Shown: piece by piece, positions 15,942 through 26,339 of the stretch
How the letters are laid out: each line of letters opens with the position of its first letter
Numbering within the stretch: the stretch's first letter is position 1
DNA from: Xenococcaceae cyanobacterium
Lineage (GTDB): Bacteria > Cyanobacteriota > Cyanobacteriia > Cyanobacteriales > JBFRWF01
Reading direction: 5' to 3'
NCBI GenBank assembly: GCA_051439465.1
Contig: JBFRWF010000102.1
Location: 1 to 44,427 of the forward strand
Length of the DNA stretch: 44,427 nt
Program-made: the position numbers and the translations under genes
The notes under the pieces: model-generated
Databases searched by the model: none
Told to the model about the DNA's origin: nothing
Seen by the model: the letters and a program-made list of their open reading frames with translations, nothing else

Positions 15942-17453
15942 CTATGGTAGCCAAAAATCTGACAAAAAGCTTTTACCCAAGCTGCGCAAAGTTTTATTAA
16001 TAGTCCGCGCTACCTGAATATGGGGTTCATCCGGTTCAACGGGGATAATCTCCGCCTTCTTCCCAATCCCAAAGCGTTCAATCACCAGATTAGCCGCCTC
16101 CAAACCCGTCACATAAGCCTTCTCCTGGGACCAAGAACCGTGGTTCGTAACAATCCAATCCCCACTCATAAACAGGTTTTGGATACTGGTGGTTGCCTTC
16201 AGGAGATACTGGTAGCTACCGGGTGCAAAGTGAGTCACCCCCTGACGCACTCGAATCACGCTGCTGTCGATAACTTTTGCCTCTCGGAACCCAGGGACAC
16301 AAGTAACAAGATCCTTGTGAATTTTCGCCACAATTTCCTCATCACTCATCGGTAATAACTGATTAGCGTGGTAAAAGTCCACTTCTATCACACTACCGGG
16401 TTCATCCTTGTACTCATCATGCAAGGCGTTGAGGTCGAAAAATGTCCAGCCAGTTGTGGGATCGAAGCCGAAGCAGGCGTTAGAAGGTAAGGGAACGTTC
16501 ACTTTGCGGTCAAACCACAGCCGCGTGGCGAGGACATCAATTCCTCCCAAGTTAGTCAAGTCTCGGAATTCTTGGTTGTTATTCAAAGTCTTGCTACCAG
16601 AGACAATCTTTTTCACGCCACTAACACTAACGGCAAAAATTACCCCATCGGCTTCTAAGACTTCATCCCCACAGACAACCCCTTTAACCTTTCCATCATC
16701 ATCGAGGACAATATCGCTTACCCGTTTATTGGTCAATACCTGGCCTCCAGCTTCTTCAATACGCTGCACCCAGGGTTTAAATATCGTCTCTGCGACCGTT
16801 CCCCGACACCAGACGACATCAAAATCGGGTTGGTGAGCCAAAATGAAGTAATAGAGCATTCCCAGGGCTGCTGCGGCGGAACATTGTTCTCCTGGGGCAA
16901 ATAAGCCTACTAACAGCATGGGTTCAAAGGAATCTTTGTAGAGTCGAGCGGAAACGCCAAACTGCTTGAATAGTTCACGGGCGGTTACTTTGTCATAGCG
17001 TCGCCACGCTTCATCGGAGTTATCGAAATCTATGAGGGTGTAGAGGAGGGGGAGGGCGGAAAGTCTATCTATCAGGGGTAAGCGTTTGAAGCGGGTGTAG
17101 ATAAAGGTTCCCAGGGGGGTGGGAAGTCGGGGTTCGTTTTGAAATATAGGGGATTCTACTTCTAATCCAGCAGGAGAATATTGGGAGGAACGGGTGAAGG
17201 GGGTGAAGGGATTGAGTTCTAATTCTTTGACGAGGCTGAAGATGTTTTGGTAGGGATACCAGAAGCCATGAATTCCACCTTCTACGGACCGTCCTCCAGC
17301 AGTGTTCCAACCTGCGACTAAGCCACCGGGATAGGGACCTGCTTCTAGGAGGGTTACATTGTAGCCTTGTTTGGCGAGGTGGTAGGTTGCGCCTAATCCC
17401 GCCCAACCTGCACCGACAACGACTACCTGTTTTTTTTCTGATGGTTCTGACAT
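15942..17453 (-). CDS. FAD-dependent oxidoreductase of the phytoene-desaturase/amine-oxidase superfamily (carotenoid-desaturase/isomerase-like)
   Basis: N-terminal dinucleotide-binding motif VVVVGAGWAGLGATYHLAKQGYNVTLLEAGPYPGG followed by the superfamily-typical E..GG....W......E.GxH.F. 503 aa. The exact substrate cannot be assigned from sequence alone. Confidence 0.7.
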   Translation of the reverse strand: MSEPSEKKQVVVVGAGWAGLGATYHLAKQGYNVTLLEAGPYPGGLVAGWNTAGGRSVEGGIHGFWYPYQNIFSLVKELELNPFTPFTRSSQYSPAGLEVESPIFQNEPRLPTPLGTFIYTRFKRLPLIDRLSALPLLYTLIDFDNSDEAWRRYDKVTARELFKQFGVSARLYKDSFEPMLLVGLFAPGEQCSAAAALGMLYYFILAHQPDFDVVWCRGTVAETIFKPWVQRIEEAGGQVLTNKRVSDIVLDDDGKVKGVVCGDEVLEADGVIFAVSVSGVKKIVSGSKTLNNNQEFRDLTNLGGIDVLATRLWFDRKVNVPLPSNACFGFDPTTGWTFFDLNALHDEYKDEPGSVIEVDFYHANQLLPMSDEEIVAKIHKDLVTCVPGFREAKVIDSSVIRVRQGVTHFAPGSYQYLLKATTSIQNLFMSGDWIVTNHGSWSQEKAYVTGLEAANLVIERFGIGKKAEIIPVEPDEPHIQVARTINKTLRSLGKSFLSDFWLP

Positions 17454-17633
17454 CCTACTACCTCATGAGTTTCTTTTATGTTAAACAAGTAGATTGGGTT
17501 CACATCTGTGCTTGAAAGTCGTAAAAGAGAAGTTGTAGGGGCACGGCGTCTTGAATATCTCGGTTTAGTGCAAAATGTTGATGATGCCGTGCCCCTACAT
17601 AAAACAACAGTACGGTGTTTGTAGCGATCCACT

Positions 17634-18869
17634 ATGGCAACGATTAACGATAACTACCTCAAGCTCAAAGCGGGTTACCTGTTTCCCGAAATTGCCCGAC
17701 GGGTCAATGCTTTCGCACAGGCCAATCCAGATGCCAAAATTATCAAGCTGGGCATCGGCGATGTCACGGAACCGCTGCCGGAAGCCTGCCGCACAGCTAT
17801 GATCAAAGCAATCGAAGAAATGGGCGATCGCGCCACCTTCAGAGGCTATGGTCCAGAGCAAGGCTATGGCTGGTTGCGGGAGAAAATTGCGGCTCACGAC
17901 TTCCAAGGACGGGGATGCGAGATTGAGCCTAGTGAAATCTTCGTCTCCGACGGTTCTAAGTGCGACACGGGCAACATTCTCGACATTTTTGGCAAGAACA
18001 ACATCATTGCTGTCACCGACCCTGTCTATCCCGTATATGTGGATACCAACGTCATGGCAGGTCATACTGGACCGGCTAACGATGCAGGGGAGTATGAGGG
18101 ATTGGTGTATCTACCCATCACAGCACAGAACAACTTTACTGCGGAGATTCCCTCCCAGAAAGTCGATCTGATTTACCTTTGCTTCCCCAATAACCCCACT
18201 GGAGCAACCGCAAGCAAAGCCCATCTCCAGGCTTGGGTGGACTATGCCAGAGCTAACGGCTCCATCATTTTCTTCGATGCGGCCTACGAAACCTTCATCA
18301 CCGATCCGGAGATTCCCCACTCCATCTATGAGATTGAAGGGGCGCGGGATTGCGCGATCGAGTTTCGCTCATTCTCCAAGAATGCCGGCTTTACCGGAAC
18401 CCGCTGTGCGTTGACGGTGGTGCCCAAAACGCTGACGGCCAAAGCATCTGATGGTTCAGATGTGGAACTGTGGAAGTTGTGGAATCGCCGTCAGTCAACC
18501 AAGTTCAATGGGGTGTCCTACATCGTTCAACGCGGAGCAGAGGCGGTCTATTCGGAGGAAGGACAGGCGCAAGTTAAGGCTCTGGTCAGTTTCTATCTGG
18601 AAAACGCCAAGATCATTGGCGAGAAACTGACGGCAGCCGGATTAGGGGTTTATGGGGGTGTAAATGCACCTTACGTCTGGGTGAAAACGCCCAATGGTCT
18701 GTCGAGTTGGGATTTCTTTGATAAATTGCTGCATAAGGCGAATGTCGTCGGCACGCCCGGTTCTGGGTTTGGTGCTGCAGGGGAAGGCTACTTCCGCATT
18801 TCGGCCTTCAATAGTCGGGAGAATGTGGAGAAGGCCATGCAGCGGATTATGGAGAAGTTTAAGTTCTAG
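17634..18869 (+). CDS. dapL: LL-diaminopimelate aminotransferase (DapL; lysine biosynthesis)
   Basis: [27 protein letters not shown]...[12 protein letters not shown]...[20 protein letters not shown]. Strong match to the DapL (AGD2-like) class I aminotransferase family, 411 aa. Confidence 0.92.
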   Translation: MATINDNYLKLKAGYLFPEIARRVNAFAQANPDAKIIKLGIGDVTEPLPEACRTAMIKAIEEMGDRATFRGYGPEQGYGWLREKIAAHDFQGRGCEIEPSEIFVSDGSKCDTGNILDIFGKNNIIAVTDPVYPVYVDTNVMAGHTGPANDAGEYEGLVYLPITAQNNFTAEIPSQKVDLIYLCFPNNPTGATASKAHLQAWVDYARANGSIIFFDAAYETFITDPEIPHSIYEIEGARDCAIEFRSFSKNAGFTGTRCALTVVPKTLTAKASDGSDVELWKLWNRRQSTKFNGVSYIVQRGAEAVYSEEGQAQVKALVSFYLENAKIIGEKLTAAGLGVYGGVNAPYVWVKTPNGLSSWDFFDKLLHKANVVGTPGSGFGAAGEGYFRISAFNSRENVEKAMQRIMEKFKF

Positions 18870-19002
18870 GGCGAACTTCAAAAGTTAGGGAACTCTTAAC
18901 AGGCAACGGAGAACAGTGAAGGGGAGGAGATTAATTAAATGATTTGTTCGCTTAGTAAATCTCTCCCTTTCTCCCTGCTCAGAAGCTCCCCTGCTCAATA
19001 TC

Positions 19003-19089
19003 TGTTCCCCGTTCCCTGTTCCCTGTTCCCTGTTCCCTGTTCCCTACTTCCCTCAAAAAAGGGGTAGTTAACCCAGATTTGGTATGACT
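19003..19089. repeat. ~88-bp dispersed element, copy 1: (GTTCCCT)n heptamer array + ccctcaaaaaaggggtagttaacccagatttggtatgact. On the minus strand it reads as a hairpin + T-run (terminator-like) directly after the S1 gene stop
   Basis: Near-identical to 30075-30162. The last two bases of the element contribute to the TAG stop of the S1-domain gene. The minus-strand reading gggttaactacccctttttt resembles an intrinsic terminator. Confidence 0.75.
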
Positions 19090-19990
19090 ATTCAGAAAGC
19101 TTCTCTTTTGCTTTCTGGACACGTTCGGAAGCGGTTGCCATCACCTCATCCATTTTCTCCAATATCTCTCCTGGATAATTTTCCAAAACCTTGGTAGATA
19201 GAGAAAGGCGATTTTTGTACTCGTCGATGTCAACAATCATCACCTTAATCTGCTGTCCGATTTGAAACAGGGTCGTTAGAGAATCCACATGGGAGCCACT
19301 CACCTGTTTGATGTGCAGTAAACCTGTGACCCCATCCAAATCGACAAACACACCGTAAGGCTTAATACTGACCACCTTACCTTCCATGAGCTGCTCTCTT
19401 TCCAATTTGCTAATGGCAGCGGCGCGAGCAGCTTCTCGCTGGGATAATACCAGTTTGTTGCGCTCAGGATCGACTTCCAAAAAGTTGGCAGTCAGCAATT
19501 GACCAATTAGAGATTCGAGGTCCTCTTTCTCAATCAAGTGCGATCGCGGAATAAAAGCTCGCAACCCCTCTACTTCTCCGATGACTCCTCCTTTATTCGT
19601 AGCTGTCACCCGCATTTGTACTGATTTGCCGCTTTCGGCACTCTCAGTCAGATTATCCCAAGCCTGCTTGATTTCTAGCTGACGCCGTGACAGAGTTACC
19701 TGACCTTCTGCATTCTGTCCGCTAATAATCAGAAAGTCCATCTCTTCTTGTAGCGGCAAAAACTCAGATAAATCTGTCACCCGTTTCAAAGAAGCCTCTC
19801 TGAGGGGAACAAAACCGGGGGACTTACCGCCGATGTCGATATAGGCTCCCTCTGAATCGTATTGAAATACTTTGCCGCGCACTACCTGTCCTTTTTCAAA
19901 CTGGTAGTCATATTGTTCGAGGGCTTGGGCAAAATCATCCATAGAAAAGGGCTGATTATGCTCTTGGGAAGAGGTTGATTCTGAAGTCAT
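19088..19990 (-). CDS. 30S ribosomal protein S1 homolog / S1 RNA-binding-domain protein (cyanobacterial short Rps1-type paralog)
   Basis: Three S1-like OB-fold segments are present (GQVVRGKVFQYDSEGAYIDIGGKSPGFVP; GKSVQMRVTATNKGGVIGEVEGLRAFIPRSHL; GKVVSIKPYGVFVDLDGVTGLLHIKQVS). 300 aa. Confidence 0.8.
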   Translation of the reverse strand: MTSESTSSQEHNQPFSMDDFAQALEQYDYQFEKGQVVRGKVFQYDSEGAYIDIGGKSPGFVPLREASLKRVTDLSEFLPLQEEMDFLIISGQNAEGQVTLSRRQLEIKQAWDNLTESAESGKSVQMRVTATNKGGVIGEVEGLRAFIPRSHLIEKEDLESLIGQLLTANFLEVDPERNKLVLSQREAARAAAISKLEREQLMEGKVVSIKPYGVFVDLDGVTGLLHIKQVSGSHVDSLTTLFQIGQQIKVMIVDIDEYKNRLSLSTKVLENYPGEILEKMDEVMATASERVQKAKEKLSE

Positions 19991-20101
19991 GACAATTGAG
20001 TAATTGAAAAAAGTTGCTGATTTCTGGCTGAGTCAACCGATTTTGGACTCTTTCCCGGATTTCCGCACAATTTAAGGTTCTTTGCCAGGAAGACTCACCG
20101 A

Positions 20102-20845
20102 CTAATTGAGTGTTTTGCTAAATAAATCTAGCGCTTGCTTCCAAGCATCTTTGGCTGCTACTTTATTGTAACTAGCACGCTGGTCACAGAAGAAACCGTG
20201 ATCTGCTCCTGGATAACGAAAAACCCGGTGGGGGATGTCGTGCTTTTGGAGTGCTGCTTCAATCTCGTCTACCTGTTCGACAGGAATGCTAGCGTCTTCT
20301 AAGCCGAAGAAAGCATAAAGGGTGCCTTTGATGTCTGCTGTTCGCGTCACGGTGGGTGCGCCATCGCCGGGACTCCAGGTGGTAATTCCTGCGCCGTAGA
20401 AAGAAGCTGTGGCTTTGATGGACTCTAGGGTAGCCGCTAGATAGGAAACATGACCGCCAAAGCAAAAACCAATGCAGCCAACACCATCTTGCTTTACTTG
20501 GGGTAAGCTGTGCAGGTAATCAATTGCTCCTTGGATGTCGCTGAGTAGTTCTGAAGCGTTGGTTTTGTTTTTGTATTCTTTGCCAATTTTGATATCTTCT
20601 GCGGTGTAGCCAGCTTCAAAACCAGGAACTTGGCGCTGATAAATTGCCGGGGCGATCGCCACATAACCTTCCCTGGCAAATCGTCGCGTCACATCCCGAA
20701 TATGGTCATTAACACCAAAGATTTCCTGAATAACAACAACACCGGAAAAGGGACCTTCTCCCTTTGGGGTTGCCAGATAAGCGTCAATGGCTAAATCCCC
20801 GTTACTAACTTGAACCTGCTCTGTCTGGATCTCCAACACTGCCAT
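20102..20845 (-). CDS. Dienelactone hydrolase family protein (carboxymethylenebutenolidase-like alpha/beta hydrolase)
   Basis: The DLH fold is evident: GVVVIQEIFGVNDHIRDVTRRFAREGYVAIAP, nucleophile elbow GCIGFCFGG, C-terminal YPGADHGF. Confidence 0.85.
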   Translation of the reverse strand: MAVLEIQTEQVQVSNGDLAIDAYLATPKGEGPFSGVVVIQEIFGVNDHIRDVTRRFAREGYVAIAPAIYQRQVPGFEAGYTAEDIKIGKEYKNKTNASELLSDIQGAIDYLHSLPQVKQDGVGCIGFCFGGHVSYLAATLESIKATASFYGAGITTWSPGDGAPTVTRTADIKGTLYAFFGLEDASIPVEQVDEIEAALQKHDIPHRVFRYPGADHGFFCDQRASYNKVAAKDAWKQALDLFSKTLN

Positions 20846-20939
20846 ATTGATCTGTACTTCGAATCGCTACCTTTTGATTTTAAGGGCATTGGGTGAGATA
20901 AAATGGCGCTCATAGCAGTCTTCCGTCGGCTTTGGTAAA

Positions 20940-21923
20940 ATGCTTCAGTTCCAGATTCAGCCAGACAGTGAAATTCCCGTATCAAAGCAACTGTTTGACC
21001 AAATTCAGTTTGCGATCGCCTCTCGGCAATATCCCCCTGGCCATCGGTTGCCCAGTACGCGGCAATTAGCAATGATCACTGGTTTACACCGCAATACCAT
21101 TAGCAAGGTGTATCAGCAACTCGAAGAAATTGGACTGGTGGAGTCCCTGGCAGGATCGGGCATCTACGTCAGAGCACAAGGTCACGAAGGCGGTACTCAA
21201 GTTGGCTCCCCCATTTTCGAGCAGTATCCCGAAGCTAACAAGCTCGTAAAAAAGAGTTTAGATGAACTGCTAGTGCAAGGATTTACTCTCAGTCAGGCAA
21301 GGGAGTTGTTTCTCTCAGAAATTGACTGGCGCTTGCGCTGTAATGCGCGGGTGCTGGTGACGGTTCCTGCCAAAGACATTGGTGCTGGGGAGTTGATGGT
21401 CAAGGAACTGGAGCAATCCCTGGGTATTCCCGTGCAACTGATACCCCTCGAAGAACTAGGGCAAGTGCTAGAGAAAACCCAATCCGGCACAGTGGTTACC
21501 AGCCGTTACCATATTCGTAAAGCAGAAGCGATCGCCGCCCCGAATTCTGTTCGGGTGATTCCGGTTGATATCTATGACTACGGCAAAGAATTAGAAATTG
21601 TTAAAAGGCTGCCGAAGAATAGCTGTTTGGGTATCGTCAGTCTCAGTGCTGGCATTCTCGGAGTAGCAGAAATCATCATTCATAGTGTGTGTGGGGATGG
21701 CCTACTGGTAATGACTGCCCAGGTAAGTGACACCTATAAACTGAATGCCTTGGTTCGCTCTGCTCAGACAATCATCAGCGATCGAGCGAGTTATCCTCTT
21801 GTGAAAAAGGCAGTCTCAGCCGCCAGAGACGATCTTATTCGTTATCCAGAGCTGATTTGCAGCGACAATTATATCGGGGAAAAATCAATTAATCTGCTCA
21901 AACGAGAGCTCGGTTTGGGTTGA
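20940..21923 (+). CDS. GntR-family transcriptional regulator with a C-terminal effector/substrate-binding-like domain
   Basis: N-terminal winged HTH typical of GntR (RLPSTRQLAMITGLHRNTISKVYQQLEEIGLVESLAGSGIYV). It is divergent from the dienelactone hydrolase gene (94-bp gap). Confidence 0.75.
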   Translation: MLQFQIQPDSEIPVSKQLFDQIQFAIASRQYPPGHRLPSTRQLAMITGLHRNTISKVYQQLEEIGLVESLAGSGIYVRAQGHEGGTQVGSPIFEQYPEANKLVKKSLDELLVQGFTLSQARELFLSEIDWRLRCNARVLVTVPAKDIGAGELMVKELEQSLGIPVQLIPLEELGQVLEKTQSGTVVTSRYHIRKAEAIAAPNSVRVIPVDIYDYGKELEIVKRLPKNSCLGIVSLSAGILGVAEIIIHSVCGDGLLVMTAQVSDTYKLNALVRSAQTIISDRASYPLVKKAVSAARDDLIRYPELICSDNYIGEKSINLLKRELGLG

Positions 21924-22653
21924 GCAAAAATTCGCATATCCAACAAATGAGGAACGAAAAATAACCATTTTCAGCTCTCCCCCGCTCCCTGCTCCCTGCT
22001 CCCTTGCTTGCCTCAATCAGAATTTCCCGATTACTGGACCGATGCTCTAGGGGGATTTAATTTGAGCGAACGGTGAGTTCGAGATCGCCAGACTTTTTCC
22101 CGTCTTCATCCCGTTCCCGATCACATCAGCGATCGCCCCCCCCCTGAACGGTTACGAATCAGGAGAAGTGGAAGTGATCCCTCCAGCTTGCTTCTTTTCG
22201 GAAGATAAGACTCTTTATCCGAAGATAAGTGTTGACCACGCTTAAGTAGCTCAATGCCTGAAATCTATTAGCAATAAGAGCTACTGGCTCTTCATGGTCT
22301 TCATAAAGAAAAATTCTTAACTTCTTTCTTAAGTTCCTAAACTTAGGTTGTTCAGAAAAGGTTGTCCTGGCAAACTGGCTTAGTAGAAGCTTTAAACTCA
22401 AATCCAATTAAACCTAATGACCCAAAGCTATGAGAAGTATCACTTGGGTGTGTCTGCTTTCGTCAATTAACGAAATTGTTTGGAGGCGATCGCCACCTCT
22501 ACCTCTTCGAGGTGTTATCTAGTCAAGTTAATGGTTTGAACTGCAGTAAAAAAATGCGGAATCTTAACAAGTTCGCCTGTAGGTTAGTTTAAGTTGATGA
22601 AAAAAGATTGAGACTGTTGTGATAATGTACTGACCTATAAACCTTGGAAAAGT

Positions 22654-24321
22654 ATGACTAAGTCACCTGATGCACCTAATACAGCCGAGAATTTTAAGAA
22701 GTCCTTCTCGGTTCTACTGAAGGCTCGGTATCCATACCTTTATATTTCAACCTGGGAAGAAGAGCGAGTCCTGGCATTAATCCAGGAAGTGGTCAGAACT
22801 GCGGCTCTCATTCGCACGCCCCGCAAGCTATTTACCTGGAGCGTCACTGAAGGGATTGTTGAAAATGGGCAGCGTAATAATCAAAAGACCGATCCCTTTA
22901 AAATCCTTGATTTTATTGATGCTCATCAAGAGGCATCTGTGTTTGTGCTCAAAGACTTTCACATTTATCTAGGTACGCGACAAGTTGCTGTGAGAGAGAG
23001 TTTGACTGAACCCTCCCTCATAATTCGTAAACTCAGAGATCTCGTTCCCAATCTCACTAAGAGTAACAAACCCAAAAATGTGGTGTTTGTTTCACCCTCT
23101 TTGGTATTACCTGCTGACCTAGAAAAAGATATCACTATCGTAGACTTTGATTTACCGAGTTTCCCAGAAATCCAACAGAAGCTGCAGGAAATCATTGACA
23201 CAAACCGTCAAGGAGGCCGGATTGTTATCAAACTGAATCCTGAGGAGGAGGAACGTTTAGCTAAGGCTGCAACAGGCTTGACATTGCAAGAAGCAGAAAA
23301 TGCGTTTGCCCGTGCGATGGCTGAAGATGGTCGATTAGATAACCAATCCGTTGGGCGGATTTTGCAAGAAAAACGCCAGATCATCAAAAAAATGGAGATT
23401 CTTGAGTTTATCCCACCGGAATTGACAATGCAGGATGTTGGTGGGCTAGAAAATCTCAAAAACTGGTTTAGGAAGCGCGAGAGGGTTTGGTTGGGGGCAG
23501 CACAACGCTATGGTTTATCAGCTCCTAAGGGAGTATTAATTACAGGGGTACCCGGTTGTGGAAAAAGCTTAATTGCTAAAGCAATCAGCACAATGTGGCA
23601 GTTGCCATTGCTCCGGCTTGATGTCGGTCGAATTTTTGGCGGCTTAGTAGGGAGTAGTGAAGAGAATATGCGTCGGGCAATTAAGACTGCAGAAGCCACA
23701 GCTCCTTCTATCTTATGGATTGACGAAATTGAGAAAGGGTTTAGTGGTGATGGGCGTGGAGATAGTGGCACATCAATGCGAGTGTTTGGTACCTTCCTGA
23801 CATGGATGCAGGAGAAAACTAAGCCTGTGTTTGTGGTGGCAACGGCTAATAAGATTCATGCCCTTCCTCCCGAATTTCTACGTAAGGGGCGGTTTGACGA
23901 AATCTTCTTTGTGGATTTGCCTACTCGCAAGGAACGTATCGAGATTCTTAGACTGCATATTACCAAGCGGGTTGATCCAACAATGATGGAAGGATTTCAA
24001 CTAACACAGCAGGTACTTGAGTATTTAGCCAAGTCTACTGAAGGGTTTATTGGTGCAGAACTGGAGCAAGTCGTAGTAGCAGGGCTATTTGAAGCATTTT
24101 CTGAAGGCCGAGGTCTACGTATTGAAGACTTTGTCAAAGCCGTTAAAAATATGGTGCCCCTTTCTGTAACTCAAGTTGAAGCAATTCGGCACATTCGAGA
24201 ATGGGCCAATGAACGTGCTGTGGCGGCAACTCCTAAGGAAGACCGGATTGAGTATGCTCAGTCCACAGAATCTAAAGCAGATGTCAAGGCAACGCGAGGA
24301 GGACGGGCTGTAGATTTCTGA
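22654..24321 (+). CDS. AAA+ ATPase (CDC48/FtsH-like ATPase module with a distinct N-terminal domain). Resembles the stress-induced cyanobacterial slr0374-type ATPase
   Basis: Walker [16 protein letters not shown], Walker [10 protein letters not shown], second region of homology [28 protein letters not shown]. It is followed by two small conserved ORFs, as in the slr0373-0374-0376 arrangement. The latter comparison is from memory and is not verified. Confidence 0.8.
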   Translation: MTKSPDAPNTAENFKKSFSVLLKARYPYLYISTWEEERVLALIQEVVRTAALIRTPRKLFTWSVTEGIVENGQRNNQKTDPFKILDFIDAHQEASVFVLKDFHIYLGTRQVAVRESLTEPSLIIRKLRDLVPNLTKSNKPKNVVFVSPSLVLPADLEKDITIVDFDLPSFPEIQQKLQEIIDTNRQGGRIVIKLNPEEEERLAKAATGLTLQEAENAFARAMAEDGRLDNQSVGRILQEKRQIIKKMEILEFIPPELTMQDVGGLENLKNWFRKRERVWLGAAQRYGLSAPKGVLITGVPGCGKSLIAKAISTMWQLPLLRLDVGRIFGGLVGSSEENMRRAIKTAEATAPSILWIDEIEKGFSGDGRGDSGTSMRVFGTFLTWMQEKTKPVFVVATANKIHALPPEFLRKGRFDEIFFVDLPTRKERIEILRLHITKRVDPTMMEGFQLTQQVLEYLAKSTEGFIGAELEQVVVAGLFEAFSEGRGLRIEDFVKAVKNMVPLSVTQVEAIRHIREWANERAVAATPKEDRIEYAQSTESKADVKATRGGRAVDF

Positions 24322-24384
24322 GGGAAAGTTTATTTTTTAGGTCAAATTTTGGGAAGTCATCAATGTTGCTTTGAGAAGTTAGCC

Positions 24385-24837
24385 ATGAGTATTGAGGTAA
24401 TCTTAATTCCGTTAGCATTGGGAGCTGGTTCTATTGCGCTGGCAAGGCGTGTAGCGGCTAGAGGTCAAGTTACTGCAAATCCTGAAAACGTGCTTTGTTT
24501 TGAAACTCAGTTTAAGGATTTAAGGTTATTGCAAAAATCGCTTCAAGGCTTGGATCATCCGTGCAGGCTTGATGGCAGTCAAGTCCAATCTAGTCATGGT
24601 GGCGATCGCCTCGTTTTCGCGCTCAATCAACAGGGTACATTCGATGCGTACTTTGTTAGCACTGCAGTGAATGAAGCAAAGGCATTTCTGAGCAAGCTTG
24701 ATAACCAATATAGGAGGTTAGTCCAACAACAAAGTTATGAAACAGTGGTCAGGCGAGCTGAGGAACAGGGCATGATACTGGAGCAAGAAGAGGTATCAGA
24801 GGATGGAACAGTCGTCTTGACATTTCTAGAGCGGTAA
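24385..24837 (+). CDS. Small conserved hypothetical protein, downstream partner of the AAA ATPase (possibly DUF1257-like)
   Basis: 150-aa ORF starting MSIEVILIPLALGAGSIALARR (hydrophobic N-terminus), 63 bp after the ATPase stop. The domain assignment is a recollection of a conserved neighbourhood, not demonstrated here. Confidence 0.45.
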   Translation: MSIEVILIPLALGAGSIALARRVAARGQVTANPENVLCFETQFKDLRLLQKSLQGLDHPCRLDGSQVQSSHGGDRLVFALNQQGTFDAYFVSTAVNEAKAFLSKLDNQYRRLVQQQSYETVVRRAEEQGMILEQEEVSEDGTVVLTFLER

Positions 24838-24851
24838 AGGAGGAATAAAGC

Positions 24852-25082
24852 ATGGTAAAACGAATCCAGATTAAGATCCTACCCAATGGACAAATAGAAG
24901 CCATAACACAGGGAATTAAGGGGAAAACCTGCTTAGACTACGTTAAACGCTTTGAAGAACTCCTAGATGCTCAAATCACAGACTCGAATTTCACATCGGA
25001 ATATGATGAGGTCGAACAAAGCGTTGTTCAAACATATATTCAAACCGATTTGGAACAAACATTAGACCGGAATTTCGAATGA
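24852..25082 (+). CDS. Small conserved hypothetical protein (76 aa; possibly DUF2997-like)
   Basis: Strong RBS (AAGGAGGAATAAAGCATG). MVKRIQIKILPNGQIEAITQGIKGKTCLDYVKRFEELL. Begins 14 bp after the previous gene. Confidence 0.5.
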   Translation: MVKRIQIKILPNGQIEAITQGIKGKTCLDYVKRFEELLDAQITDSNFTSEYDEVEQSVVQTYIQTDLEQTLDRNFE

Positions 25083-25128
25083 TAATGCTGAAGATCTCCC
25101 TAAGTCCTCTGTTTAAAAGGTAAAGCCC

Positions 25129-25746
25129 ATGACAAGGAAGCTTGAACGTAAGGTTAATGATAGTTTGATTGCTGGCGTTTGTGCTGGGATTGCAGACTAT
25201 TTTCAAATCAGCCCTATGGTTGTTAGGGCTGCATTCGTATTCTTTGGTTTTGTATCGGGCGGTATGTGTATCTTTATCTATATTGTGTTGGCGATCGCAC
25301 TCCCCAGGGCTAAAAAAAGCCAGCAAAATTTTCAGACAACCAACCCTCCGTTCAATCCAAATCAGTACGATCCACAGCAATATCGCGTAACACACTACGA
25401 GACAAAACATTCGGCATCAACCGTTACCCAGAATGCTCCTTCTCAAGTTCCATATCAGCCTGCTGGGCACTCCACCTCTCGCCCTCCGACAACACTTGAT
25501 GTGAACCGCGCATCTGAACAAGAACTGTTGGCTCTGCCAAGTCTCACTGCGATCGAATGCAAACAAATTATCCAAGCGCGCCAGAAAAGAGGGGGCTTCC
25601 AGTCTGCTGAAGAGGTGGCAGAGCTAATTAGGAAACCCCATATTCTATCTTTGATTACGGTCTCGCCTGTGCAGCGCAATTCCCATTCTGGGGGGCAGTC
25701 TAACCCAGGATCACGACAAACCAGTGGAAGAAGGGTGGATTACTAA
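25129..25746 (+). CDS. PspC-domain membrane protein fused to a C-terminal ComEA-like helix-hairpin-helix DNA-binding motif
   Basis: N-terminus matches the PspC domain (RKVNDSLIAGVCAGIADYFQISPMVVRAAFVFFGFVSGGMCIFIYIVLAIALP). A Pro/Gln-rich linker follows. The C-terminus LDVNRASEQELLALPSLTAIECKQIIQARQKRGGFQSAEEV is a ComEA-type HhH. Confidence 0.7.
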   Translation: MTRKLERKVNDSLIAGVCAGIADYFQISPMVVRAAFVFFGFVSGGMCIFIYIVLAIALPRAKKSQQNFQTTNPPFNPNQYDPQQYRVTHYETKHSASTVTQNAPSQVPYQPAGHSTSRPPTTLDVNRASEQELLALPSLTAIECKQIIQARQKRGGFQSAEEVAELIRKPHILSLITVSPVQRNSHSGGQSNPGSRQTSGRRVDY

Positions 25747-26339
25747 TGTTGCTTCGCATTCACCGTTTTCTACCATTTACCCGAGTGGAAGGCCCAGGAG
25801 AACGAGCTTGTCTTTGGGTACAAGGGTGTTCAATTCAGTGCCAAGGTTGTGGAGTGCCCTGGACTTGGGACAAAAACGGGGGCGAATCGGTTGAGGTCAC
25901 TGCTCTGGCTGAACAGATAGTGAATGGTCCCATAGTAGAGGGGATTACCTTTTTGGGAGGTGAACCTTTTGATCAAGCGACTGCTTTAGCTGAGTTGAGC
26001 TATCAGCTACGGGATGCAGGGCTTTCGATCATGACGTTTACGGGGTATGTCTTGGAGATCCTACAACAATCCACCCGTCAGGATTGGCAATCCTTGCTAT
26101 CTGTGACAGACTTGCTAGTTGATGGCCCCTTTCGCAATGACTTGCTCGACTTAAGCCGACCCTGGGTGGGTTCCTCCAACCAGCGCTACCACTTCCTGAG
26201 CGATCGCTATCGTCACCTGGAAGCAGAACTTAACTCCATTCCCAATCGCCTTGAGGTTCGTCTTCAAGCTGATGGACACATTTTAGTCAATGGCATGGCA
26301 ACATCCGCAGATTTGGAAAACCTGTTGGTTGACTTATAG
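25746..26339 (+). CDS. NrdG-like radical-SAM activating enzyme (4Fe-4S single-cluster domain protein)
   Basis: VEGPGERACLWVQGCSIQCQGCGVPWTW parallels E. coli NrdG VNGPGTRCTLFVSGCVHECPGCYNKSTW (CxxxCxxC radical-SAM cluster). There is a GGEP motif. Its start overlaps the previous stop (TAATG), suggesting translational coupling. No NrdD or glycyl-radical enzyme is nearby. Confidence 0.75.
   Translation: MLLRIHRFLPFTRVEGPGERACLWVQGCSIQCQGCGVPWTWDKNGGESVEVTALAEQIVNGPIVEGITFLGGEPFDQATALAELSYQLRDAGLSIMTFTGYVLEILQQSTRQDWQSLLSVTDLLVDGPFRNDLLDLSRPWVGSSNQRYHFLSDRYRHLEAELNSIPNRLEVRLQADGHILVNGMATSADLENLLVDL

Noticed and set aside
16020-17406. Antisense ORFs (111, 142, 113 aa) within the FAD-oxidoreductase gene
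   Set aside because: Same reasoning. They are shadow ORFs opposite a convincing CDS. The Pro/Arg/Ser-rich composition is typical of antisense translation.
22159-22407. 82-aa minus-strand ORF in the GntR/AAA intergenic region
   Set aside because: No RBS, no domain, and AT-rich low-complexity sequence. The region more likely holds promoter/5'-UTR elements for the AAA ATPase gene.
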